A DNA stretch of 64,000 nucleotides from Tubiluchus corallicola (lineage: Eukaryota > Animalia > Priapulida). The notes below the pieces were generated by a model. The model was given only the letters and a program-made list of their open reading frames with translations, made no database searches and had not been told where the DNA came from. The stretch lies in the NCBI GenBank assembly GCA_030141605.1, contig JAQGDQ010000017.1, positions 248,001 to 312,000 of the forward strand, in the 5' to 3' direction. This document shows, in pieces, positions 50,481 to 61,695 of this stretch. The stretch's first letter is position 1; each line of letters starts with the position of its first letter. The translations under genes were made by a program, and so were the position numbers.

Positions 50481-51848
50481 ATAATGTGCGACCATGTATT
50501 AGAACAGTAAAACAATCCAGAGAAGCATCCACAAAGGCATCCAGAGAAGATTGGAGGCTTAAAAGCTAAAAAAGTTTTTATTTACGCTTAGCCCTTATCT
50601 GCATTTGGAGCTGTAAGCTAAAAAGTATATTAGTATTTTCCGATAACACAGTTGTAAGGGTAGTATTTGTTCTCTAATTCAAAATATGACGCATAATTGA
50701 CTGTAAAATTAATTATTAACGTGCCAGTAAAATGGGGTTTATCTGTGCAAAATGCGAATGAGTTGAGGACACATTTAGTTGTACGTTACAGGAGGCAACT
50801 GTATTATCGAACAAAAATGCGAAATTACGTACATATATCATTGATCTGCTACAAGCAGGCCCTTTTTATTAGTTCAGTCGCCTGTATTAATGGTGAGCAT
50901 CTGATGGAGTTCCAACAGTATAGAGCTCACCCTATTATTAGGTAAATTACTATCTGACTGTCAATAATTTACTAATGACTGCCAAAACACATTTCGCAAA
51001 TTGACACGCTCACTGCACGGGATTTTATTGGTACTTAATAGCAATTCTTTCTTAGAGTATTTTCCGCATTTGTGATTTTTTAGATACAGCTCCAAAGCTA
51101 TCATTACTGAACACGTTCATGGAGCTCACGTCAGTTATAGCATATGCCACTGGTGAGTAGTATGTCTCTGTTATGTCTGGTTTGTTGCAACATCTCACCT
51201 AGCTGTTAATAATTATTAAAATTATTATTATAAACCCATTGTACGTCTGTTTTGTGGGCAGTTTCTTTTTTAAGTTTTTGATCAAGTGCAACATCTCTTT
51301 TTTGCATGTGATCCTATAATGATATATGCATCAATTTAGAACTTATTATTTAGGTTCTAATCAATAAGGCCCTTGGTTTAGACAACAAAAAAAAGTAACA
51401 CCTGAAAATGGCGCAATATTTTGATAGCAATATTTTATTAGTTTACATTGGCAGTAAAACAAACTTTCTGAACTCACAATTTAATTAAAACTCAATTTGA
51501 TGTAACAGTTTACAGTCTGTGATACATGAATGAAAGGAAATAGCCAAGGGAGCAGTAAGCGCTTTGCCAGTCATTTGCGGATTTTAGTTAAAGATAAGAT
51601 ATTTACGGATAAGAACAAAAATAACGAGTACTGGAGTCTGAATTGATTTTGCCACCAGCTATTAACTTGAAAATTATTAAAATACTGTACTTGTTTGCAC
51701 AGTACGTACTGGATTTTTAGCCAACTAATTAATAATAACTAGGCACAGAGAATTTTCTTAACTGTTTACAAAAAATACAGCTCAAATAATTAATTTTGGC
51801 ATTTGTAAAAAGAAAACAGCTAAGATAAAGGATAAGTGGCATCTTAGC

Positions 51849-52215
51849 TAGGGATCAGCATCAAACGTTCGAATTCTATTGACATAACAGTTTTTTAATT
51901 CGAATCGAGTCGAACCTAGAATTACAGATTCGAATAATGCATCACTTCAACCTAATACATACGTTCTTTATCACTAAAACGTTAGAAACACCATGCAATC
52001 AGCACAATCTAGTGCGATTACTTTACGCAATTTCTAAATAAATTGTCGATGTTTTTACTGCTGCACAAAATCAAGTAATACACATGATCTCTGCTTTTTA
52101 TTTATGAATTTGAATTTTTTGCGAAAGTTTCAAAGCTTAATTCGAATTCCATTCGTATTCGAAATCATAATTTGGCTTGGTTCAAGTTCGGTTTCTGATA
52201 GGGAATGATCATTGA
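51849..52215 (-). mobile_element. hAT-like MITE family B copy (reverse), adjacent to the WDR82 promoter
   Basis: TAGGGATCAGCATC terminus; reverse-complement homology to 17598-17955 and 23461-23860. Confidence 0.65.
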
Positions 52216-52482
52216 TCAGTAAATCCCAGACAGTAATTGCTCTCCACAAGCGGACGCCGGAGAGGCGAAGACATGGAACTTGTCGTGCGTAGTGGGAACG
52301 TCGGAAAATACCGGTGCGTGTTTATTGAGGAACGTTTTAACATTTGAAGCTGACAAACCGTGGCGGCCAAAAAAGTTAAAAGGAAAATTTAATCACGTGT
52401 AGAAAGTCTCCCACGCCTCTGTTTTTGCCGCATAGGCTTTTAACAGTTTAAAATATTTTCCTCATACCTAAAGTCCTTTAGA

Positions 52483-52643
52483 ATGAAATTAAATGACAAT
52501 GTTGTACGCAGTTTTCGTGTTGCAAAAGTTTTTAGGGAAAATAGTGATCGGATTAACGCCATTGATTTTTCCCCAAATGGTGAAATGTTGATATCGAGCT
52601 CTGATGATGATTCGATGGTTATATACGATTGTCAAAACGGAGT
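52483..52643 (+). CDS. WDR82: WDR82 exon 1
   Basis: [22 protein letters not shown]...SSSDDDS. Confidence 0.95.
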
Positions 52644-55600
52644 GTGAGTGTGCATATTAGAAGAAAAAATGTCTGCGATCATTTAACCTAGTTTATTGTT
52701 ATATTTTCTGTTTAGAAATTTCTTCCTGGTTTTTGGTCTGGTGTGTTTGTGCACCCACGCTGTTATAAGTCCAATGAACAATAGTATCCCAACTATAGAG
52801 AAAAATCTGTTAAGCATTGATTACTCTCATTGCGAACTTTTGTCTTAACAGTTGCACTTGTCATAATAGGATGGAGAAATGTTTTGTATAGAATCAAAAA
52901 CACCGGGATGTCTAGGAAACTGAAAGTTCTAATTAACCAAAAAGCCTCTTTCTTGCTTTTTTGGTGACTTCATCAATATGTTGAATTTTAAGGCCATTTT
53001 ATTTTCTCTTGTTAACTATTACAAGATCTCATATATTTTACACAGGTTCATGTTTTTGGGAATTTTTATTGAAAATTTGTTTTGAGGTTTGAATTACATC
53101 ATTAATAGACAATATTTTAAGCAGTTTATTTTACATTGTGATGAATATGTAATAGAATATTTTGAAAAATAGGTTTCTAAACTATGTATTTTTAGGCCCA
53201 AGAGGACGTTAAACAGTAAGAAGTATGGAGTGGATCTTATTCGTTTTACACATGCATCCAACACTGCTATTCATGCCTCTAATAAAGTTGATGGTAGGTT
53301 CACATTTTAAAGGCACATTGAGTAACTAACTGATCATTATCACAAATTTCTGTCACTATTGCATTGTTTGACTATTTGTTTCCTGCTTTCCTAGCCAAAT
53401 TTTTATGGCAATAAACAGAATTTAAAAAAATTTCTGTGGAAAATTATAAAAAAGAAATCAGTTATTTATTAACCCTTTCACTACGGACAGCGGCACACTG
53501 CCGGCTACATTTTTCTTGTAAGGGACGGAAGACGGCAGACTGCCGCCCGAGCTCAGCGCTAAACACAGTTACCCAGGTCTGTTTATTTCACTGCTACGGC
53601 CATGCAAAAACATTGTAGAAAAGTTTAACAGCCGTGGGATTGGGGTTGGCTCACAACAAGTAATGCTAACCAACCAATCGGCATCTGAAGCTAGGTGCAT
53701 TCCAGTATACTGTACTGTATAGTACGTTGTCACGCAAAACCACTTGATGATGGTTGGTGGAACATACATTTAGTCACTTGTTCTGCATTCTTATATTGCG
53801 TTTTATGGATTAGTAACATGACTTTTCTGAAAATTAGCTTCTAAGTATAAGTATGTGCTTATTTGTGTGGGTGTGCACGTGCGTGTATGGATCAGTGCAT
53901 GTATGTTTTGTGCAAATATGTGCGCATGTGTATAAATAAAACTAATATTCAATATTAGTGTTTAATAACAAATGGCTACTTCTTTATGTACAAGATTGTC
54001 TTTTAGTAACACTCCACAAGAAGTTATTGTCACATGTGCAAAAGCCAATGCGGCCCTGTTAAAAAGCAACTACGTAGTGAAAGGGTTAATTAAGAATACT
54101 TGCTAATGGCATTGAAGTAATAATATAAAGAATAATATAATGAATATATAGTACTTTGTCCTAATATTACACCTTATATTAAGGTTAACAAGAATATATA
54201 TTCTATTAACCAAATAGTGTAAATTAGTTCTAAAAGCGTTTTAACAGTTTTTCTAAGTCTCTTGGTATAACATGAATATCCATATAACTCTGTATTTTTC
54301 AGACACTATCCGATATCTTTCTCTGCATGACAACAAATACATTCGCTACTTTTCAGGACACACAAAAAAGTGAGTAATAAGTTGACGAGGTTTCAGATCT
54401 TACTGTCTGTCACTCTGTCCATGAAGCACTATTCTATAAGTCTAAGTCACCAGTCTTTTTTTCTGAATGTGGGCAGTGTGTGAACTTAACTAAACAAAAA
54501 AAGTGCTTATAAACTTGGAATGACATAACTTGAGATGGCAATTAACACGTACACTTTGGCGTAATAATAATAACAATTCAATTTTGGACACAGTCCAGGG
54601 ATAATTCCTTAAATAATTCAATACTTGTTTCCAAGGTGGCCCCAATTATTATTATCCGCATGTTACTTTGATAAATCCGGTTGGTCAAAGAATTAGCGGT
54701 AGCATTTTTAAATCTTTGGTCGGGAGTTGCACCCGCGACCTCCCAGGTGGGAAACGAGCACATTACCATAGAGCTGCACCATGTACAGTAAATGGCAAAA
54801 ATGATGCACTACAATCTAATTTCCAGTCACTTAAGGGTAATATTGCCTACTAACCAGTTACACATTGTTTTGTTTCAGCCACTTTATTGTTTTTAGTATT
54901 GATTTGTAAGTTTCTGCTGGTGTACATGTGTTTTATATTTGCTAGTTCTGAACTGTTTTTACTGCTTTGTTAGTTCTGCTGTTGTTACATGTGAATGCGG
55001 GCGTGCAGGTTTTGTTCAAAAATATTTTTTACATGCCAGTTGCCTATGTTTATATAAAATTTGCGTAAAGTTTGCAGAGCGTGTTCAAGTACCAGATTTC
55101 GCTGTTTTTTTTTTTTAATTATTTTTTGTTTTGATCCTCAGTAATTTATGATGAAAGAAACAATGTGAAACATTGTTCACAAGAAACAAATGCTGCTTCA
55201 GATAAGTTTAAATCTATGCACTAAAATTCACTTGAAATTGTTTTTCATTTTAGCACATAGAATTGTTAATAAGCATGCGGAACTGTTATTATGTAGTGAT
55301 TTGCTAACTGGGAAATTAGAAACCTTGTTTTTGCCAGCTAGTGTTTACAGGCGTTATTGCACTTTGTTTAACCTAGACTACTTGGAGTAATTGTCTATAT
55401 AAATGCATGTTTATTTATAATCAATAATTGTTGGTGCTGCTAGGCAATGGTGTCATCTGCATTTTTTCAAATTCGTTTGTTGCACTTCTGAATAAAAACA
55501 TCGTGCTTGAAGATCTGTGGTAACTATGTATGATTTGTGGATCACATTGTAAGGTCTATATTATAATCCTGTTCATTGACAATTTTTCTGTTATCAGGGT

Positions 55601-58600
55601 TACTACGCTCAGCATGTCTCCTATTGACGACACTTTTTTATCAGCTTCCATGGATAAAACAATCAGAATTTGGGATCTCAGATCGCAGAATTGTCAGGTT
55701 AGGTTACTTGTTGTAGTAGCAGTAGTTGTAGTAATTTATTGTCAGAACACCAAATTAATTCAATGTGCGTAAAAATTAGGCACCAAATCTAAACATTAGA
55801 ACTCGGCAAATGTGCCTGTACATGTTTTATTGTTTTTTGCCATCGCCACTAGAGCCTTTGATTGACCAAACTCAATTTCAAAGAATTGTCAATTCCGTTT
55901 CAATTCGTCTTCACAGAAATTGGAAGCTACGTGACCCTGTAATTAATATTTGTTATCAAATTATGTGATGTGCTATAGACTGTAATTAAAAAAATAAATT
56001 TTTATATTAATCAAGCATGAAGTCTATCAGGTGTTTGTGTTTGGCTAAGATAATATAAGAATGCCAAAATTTAATTCGCACACAGATGTTATAGAACAGT
56101 ATCTTATCATATTCGTACAAATGTTCGGGGAAATTCCCTGGCTAGCTGTCACACGCATAACACCATGTTTGTGTGAACAGGGGAAACCTTTCCACAAATG
56201 CACTGCTATTCCTTACAAGCTATCGCTAAAGAATTTCCCATATTTCCCATAAAGTAGGAATGCAAGTTGCATAAAAATATAACTCGGGGAAGAACTTCTA
56301 TTAAGGTGCGAAAGACTGAAAAAACTGCTTAGTTTTGTCGGAAAGTAACAAGTGAAGAAAATTCTGTCTGTGGTATGCGTGCAATAAATTTGCAGAAATG
56401 TCGGAAATCGGGCCAATTCCATTTTTTAATTGCCCATTTTTGAATAGCTATTTCCATTTTTTAATTGCCCATTCCGTGGATTCCGTGCGTTTCCTGCAGT
56501 CTCAGAAAATCGGAGGGCCTAGACCACCATCGTCATTATCGTCATCATTGTTGTTGTCATTACACTTGTTATAATAATTTTAAAAGATGATATACACATT
56601 AAAGAGTTAAATTGAATTAGTATATGAGGTGAAATGTTCACATTTAGGCCCAGCGTAGCTCTGCTATTACCTGTTAGTTGAGTTCAATACTTGGGCAGGT
56701 AGTGTCACAAGTTGAATTATTTGTAGAGATAGTGAAGTACTAGTATGGACTGGTCTAGTTTACCTAATCAATGGTAAAAACGACTGTATAATTTTGGAGT
56801 AAGAATTTAAGATTCATTGTTTTCTACCACTGTCTGAGATAATGAGATTGCACTTTTTGAATGTTGAGCTGTAGTTCCTTATGTTTGCTTGCTAATTGAA
56901 AAGCAACATTTACGAGTGTTTTTATTTTTAGGGTATGATGCATCTACCTAACCGTCCAGTGGCTGCTTTCGATCCAGAAGGACTGATCTTTGCTGCAGGA
57001 ATTAATTCAGAAATGATAAAACTCTATGATCTCAGGTCTTTTGACAAAGTAAGCTCTTCACCTTTGTTTGTATAGTTTTAACCTTTTCACAACATTTTGC
57101 AAGTGTAAACTGGCTCATAAAATGTGACAGGATATGGCACAGATGGTCACCTGATGTAATACATAAAAGATGGGGTAAAATTGCATAGATTACAAATGTT
57201 CTGTTTTGTACAATGCATTGTATTAAAGTCCTGACACATTCCCATTTACTTCTCCATTTTGTACTTCATTATCACAACTTACGAGCTTTTCTTTTTTTGT
57301 TACCTTCCCATTTACTTCTCCATTTTGTACTTCATTATCACAACTTACGAGCTTTTCTTTTTTTCTTACCTTGTGGTCTCTAAGTTAGATTATTTTGGAA
57401 GTCTGCCAGAAGCTGACTATATGAACCGAACAGTGGTGCATAGATATGAGAGTGAAGCTATCGATACAGTGATAGTTGCAAAATGATTTTGCTCTTGGGC
57501 TGGTGTTGAAATAACTATCCTGTTTGCTGTTCTAAAACATTGATCTCATGATTTCTTTTGGTTTAGGGTCCATTCAATACATTCAGATTACCACAGGATC
57601 GCGACTGTGAGTGGACGGGAATGAAATTCTCTCCGGATGGTAAAATGATTCTCCTGTCAACAAATGGACAAGTGATTCGGCTAATCGACTCGTTTCAGGG
57701 GCAGCCCTTACAGAGTTTCATGGTAATGTACAGCATACTAAGTACTACTTTTAATAAGCCTTTTCACAGTTCCAGCAATTGATGATGATCATGGAAAGGT
57801 CAAAGGTTAAGTGTACCAGACAATGCATTTGTGTACTCTTGACAATGCCTCGCAGCCCAAGCTATTGTAATAGTAACAACCAAGCTACCTAGAACCTTAC
57901 CTATTTCATTATTTCTTGTTTCCAAGTAAGATCCTGCTTGTAAATCACTCTATGCACAGACTACTGGATAATTAATTAAAGTTCGCGTAAAACAAAGTTA
58001 CTGAACGGATGCGGCAGACTGGTTTGTTTTACACATATGTCGCATGACAGTTATAGTTAAGATGCATTGCTGTGGTACACTGAACCTTTGACCTATAGCA
58101 ACTGCGCATGCGCTCAATGAAACTGTGAAAAGGTTAAGTAAGTTGTAATAACTTTGAAATAGCTATATTGAAAGGAAATCCACAAACCTTATAAAATGGA
58201 CACTCACAGTTTAGAGTAGATAAAGATTTGTATATTGGTCATTCTGACAGTTTTTATTTTTATTGGATGCTTTTCGTGATGCAAAAAGAATATTTTTCTG
58301 TTCCATCAGTTTTTTCCTCTTTTGAATGGTGGTGGCACCATTCAGTAGAGAATTCATAGTGCAGTTTCATTGCCAAGATGTGAAAACTGATTGGTGGTTA
58401 GTTTTCTTCAACAGAAATTGTTTAGAATAACTTTACATTTTTACAAAATTAACCTAATCGATTAGTAATTGCTTTAGTAAACTAATTCTTGAAAAACATG
58501 AATTGGCATGTTGTCATGATATGGGATTGTTTGGTTAAGTGGTAAGACAGGTTTCTTTGGCTTGTATATAAAAACGTTCTTGGTTCAAATCCAGGTTCAT

Positions 58601-60735
58601 TAACAGTTTTTTTTCAGATTTCCTATTTTTTTATTTTTTCATGGCGGCAAATTTCTGTATGATTTTGCATTTCTTGATGATTTTGCTGCCAAATTAAGAT
58701 ATTTAAATTGTAATGCAAAAGTCAAACTCCTGCAATTCTAAAAGGCTAGATGCAGCTATGTACTCTAAATATCTATGATATTACAATTGCAGGGTCATAC
58801 AAACCACAAAGGTCTTTCCTTAGAAGCTTCATTTAGTCCAGATTCACAATTCGTTTTTTCTGGTAAGTTAAATTAACAGTTTTTTATGCTGATTTAATAA
58901 TCTGACTTATACTTGCACTAAACTTGACTATAGAGAATTTAATACCCTTTGGGAAAAGGCTTGGGTGGTCATTAGAATCAAGATCTGATCTAAGTCATGG
59001 CCAACAATGCTGATTTGTACTTTGTCTTTTTTGAAAACTTGCTTTCATTTTGGCACCAGCACTTTAGCAACATGTTAAAAGCCCATCTTAAAGTAAGAAC
59101 CATTTACTGTGCTAAAAACAAAATAGGTAACACTCAATGCAATTTCGTACGTGTTCAAAACACCATCCTGGTGGCATATGCCATTTTTACTATTTTGTTT
59201 AACCACTTCCTGCCCATATGACTAGTCGTGACCAGTCTTCCGTCATGAAAACGATTCTGACTGGCCTATATGACGAGACTCTACCAGCATGCTTAATATA
59301 CAAATTAATTGACGCCTACACCAGTAGCAATATTACTTACACATACATGGACTTGAAAAATCAAGCTATAGTAAGCAAAAGGCGGTGATATCCTCTGTTT
59401 TCTAAAAAATGAATATGAATGCTACAAAGAACCTAAGGGCAAAAAACGTACAAAACTTGCATGAAAGACTGCCGTGTATTACTGTACGCCATCGCCAGCC
59501 TACAACGTGACTGCTGCCTTCTGTGTAATTTTTTCTGCTTTTTATCGATTTTGTCTATTCATAATGGTTCAGAAAAGGTACAGTGTAGAACAAATTAGAG
59601 ATTACCTTGCCAGATTTGGCGTCGAGTCATCAGATGTTGATAGGTGCAGGCAATTCATACATGTAGTTAGATATTCTTGGTTCAACATTGCATGGTTGAT
59701 TAACTATGTACACGCAGGCTAAAAATTATAGCTATAGGCCTATCTGTGCCTTTACTTCTTCTACCCTAGAATGGCTATTGGGTCAAATAACAATTTGGAT
59801 ATGAGCCGCTGCACTTACATATTTTTCAAAAAAAGTAGTAGTTTGTGACAGCGGTGTCAAGCACTAGCAGCGGCTGTAGGGAGCAGACACAGCAGTTATG
59901 ATGGCAGCAATTGCAGTAGTGACAGTCGTAGTAGTAAAAGTGAATGTGATGTAGTTACAGTTGTACTAGTAATAACTGTAATAGCAGTGACAGTCGCAAC
60001 TTTTCATTTTCTTAAAATATTTCCGTGCACCAGCTGGAATGCAAATTGCACAGCAGCAAAGAGGTTAAAAAGCTATTAGTCGGCCTAAGTAAGCAAATTC
60101 AAACATGTGTCTAAGAAAGGCTGTACGCTCCGTATATCATTGCAGATAACGTGTAAGTTGTAGAATCACACGGCAGAGCTAATCCAATCAACGAATAAAT
60201 AAGAAAGGTGAAAATATTTCCCTTGTTGCAAGAATACTTGTAAGTAAAGAGTGTGGAGTATTTTTTGCAGTATTTCCAAAAAGGTCATTTCTCACTTATT
60301 CTAAAAAACATCTTTCTAGGTTCAACTGATGGATGGATCCATGTGTGGAACGCGGAGAATGGAACGAGAACAGCCACGCTGAACTGTGACCATACGGGGG
60401 CAGTGCAGTGCATTCAGTTTAATCCCAAATTCATGATGCTTTCTAGTGCATGTACGAACATGGTAAGTCGTACTCAACTTTTCTTTGAGTTTCAATTTCA
60501 AGTAGTGCCGACTGTGAGAGAAGCTTCTTTTATGTGGTAACTTGTCACCCAACAAGGAATATTTTATGAAAACTTTCACTTTAAATAGCATTGACAGGAC
60601 TGCCATACATTTTTTGAGAACTACAAAACAGTCTTGAGGTTATATTTACAATTAAGAAGCATTCAAGTGACAACTTTTTTATAAATTTTGTTTTTTCTCA
60701 AGGCATTCTGGTTACCCAGTATAGAAGGAGATTGA
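52483..60735 (+). CDS. WDR82: WD repeat protein 82 (COMPASS/Set1 and PNUTS-PP1 subunit), 9 coding exons, 314 aa
   Basis: Exons 52483-52643, 53196-53293, 54303-54369, 55598-55697, 56932-57048, 57567-57722, 58793-58862, 60320-60462, 60703-60735 (945 nt, phases consistent); [65 protein letters not shown]. Confidence 0.97.
53196..53293 (+). CDS. WDR82: WDR82 exon 2
   Basis: [19 protein letters not shown]. Confidence 0.95.
53473..54085. mobile_element. piggyBac-type MITE (TTAA TSD, perfect 13-bp TIR)
   Basis: TTAA|CCCTTTCACTACG ... CGTAGTGAAAGGG|TTAA in WDR82 intron 2. Confidence 0.88.
54303..54369 (+). CDS. WDR82: WDR82 exon 3
   Basis: [19 protein letters not shown]. Confidence 0.95.
54594..54775 (-). 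mobile_element. tRNA-derived SINE copy (reverse)
   Basis: Reverse complement homologous to 1890-2105 (GGTCGCGGGTGCAACTCCCGACCAAAGATTTAAAAATG...). Confidence 0.7.
55598..55697 (+). CDS. WDR82: WDR82 exon 4
   Basis: [23 protein letters not shown]. Confidence 0.95.
56932..57048 (+). CDS. WDR82: WDR82 exon 5
   Basis: [15 protein letters not shown]...[10 protein letters not shown]. Confidence 0.95.
57239..57370. repeat. Tandem duplication, about 66-bp unit x2
   Basis: TTCCCATTTACTTCTCCATTTTGTACTTCATTATCACAACTTACGAGCTTTTC repeated. Confidence 0.93.
57567..57722 (+). CDS. WDR82: WDR82 exon 6
   Basis: GPFNTF...[20 protein letters not shown]. Confidence 0.95.
57757..58135 (+). mobile_element. Harbinger/PIF-like MITE family C, full copy
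   Basis: CCTTTTCACAGT ... ACTGTGAAAAGG termini in TAA context; subterminal AGGTCAAAGGTT motifs at both ends; homologs at 41390-41642 and 61320-61695. Confidence 0.7.
58523..58600 (+). mobile_element. Degenerate tRNA-like head (pseudo-tRNA/SINE)
   Basis: A-box-like TGGTTAAGTGG and B-box GGTTCAAATCC, no complete cloverleaf. Confidence 0.4.
58793..58862 (+). CDS. WDR82: WDR82 exon 7
   Basis: [23 protein letters not shown]. Confidence 0.95.
59203..60064 (+). mobile_element. Internally deleted piggyBac-like element
   Basis: TTAA|CCACTTCCTGCC ... GCAGCAAAGAGG|TTAA imperfect TIRs, TGACGAG subterminal motif, [15 protein letters not shown]...ESSD resembling a piggyBac transposase N-terminus. Confidence 0.5.
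60320..60462 (+). CDS. WDR82: WDR82 exon 8
   Basis: [11 protein letters not shown]...[17 protein letters not shown]. Confidence 0.95.
60703..60735 (+). CDS. WDR82: WDR82 exon 9 (stop)
   Basis: [13 protein letters not shown]. Confidence 0.92.
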   Translation, partial: AFWLPSIEGD

Positions 60736-61319
60736 GTCACATTTGCACCCACAGATGGAGCCACATTGTACACCAGTGTAAATATTAGTAGCATTAGTAT
60801 CCTTGACATCGGCCTACTAAGTACTTGATGTTTAATTTAAGATAATATTGATGACTGTGTCCCGCTATGCCTTCTGCAAAGGAATTACTGATGTGAAAAG
60901 TTTAAATTATTTGTCGAAATTTTCTTGTGTTAGTGCTGTTCACTTTTTTAATTACGCTTTTGTTGGGATGCAGTCTAATGTAGTATTGTTACATTTAAAA
61001 AGCAGAGATAAAGTTGTTTTCACTTCCATGTAACTTCCTGAAACTTTTTTGCTATAGTAACTTGAGCTTTTCTCTTTGCAAAAATTTGTAGTCAGTTTTG
61101 GACTCCCAAATTGTTCATAGTACACAAAGCACTGGTACTATTGCTACTGCAGAATACCACATAGTGGCTACTGAATATGCTACTAACAGCAAATCTATAA
61201 AACAAGATAAAATAAGTGTTTTATGTAAAAGTAACATCAAATTGAAGAAGAGAAAGAATATAAATTGAAAACTAGACATCGTAAAATCATAAACATTGAT
61301 TGGAATAACCACTAGTGGT

Positions 61320-61695
61320 CGTCATAGCAAAATAAACCTAGTCATGTGTCGCTATGCACATGCGGAGTTGCCGTAAGTCAAAGGTTAACTGCACCCGGCA
61401 CATCTTACTTAACTACAACATGATTTTATGCGTGTAATTATATGTAGGTGAAAAGAGTGAAACACGTGGTTATTTGTATAAAACGTGTATAGTTTTAAAC
61501 TAACATGTTGTTCTTATCCGAAAACAACTAGCAAAATAGAAGCAGCAATCCACGTAAAATGAAATAAATGAAGCAAAAATTAACACCAAAAACTGTTACT
61601 ATTTTACGCATTGTTTGGTTCACATATCATTGTTAGGTTCACTTAACCGTTGACCTTTTCACGATCATCGTCAATTGCTGGAACTGTGAAAGGCT
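61320..61695 (-). mobile_element. Harbinger/PIF-like MITE family C copy (reverse)
   Basis: Ends TCAATTGCTGGAACTGTGAAAGGCTT, reverse complement of the 57757 terminus. Confidence 0.65.

Noticed and set aside
53294-54302. let-7 in WDR82 intron 2 (vertebrate let-7g host position)
   Set aside because: No TGAGGTAG seed or let-7-like hairpin seen; the intron is mostly a piggyBac MITE
58523-58600. Functional tRNA gene
   Set aside because: A and B boxes present but acceptor and anticodon stems do not pair; treated as a SINE head or pseudo-tRNA
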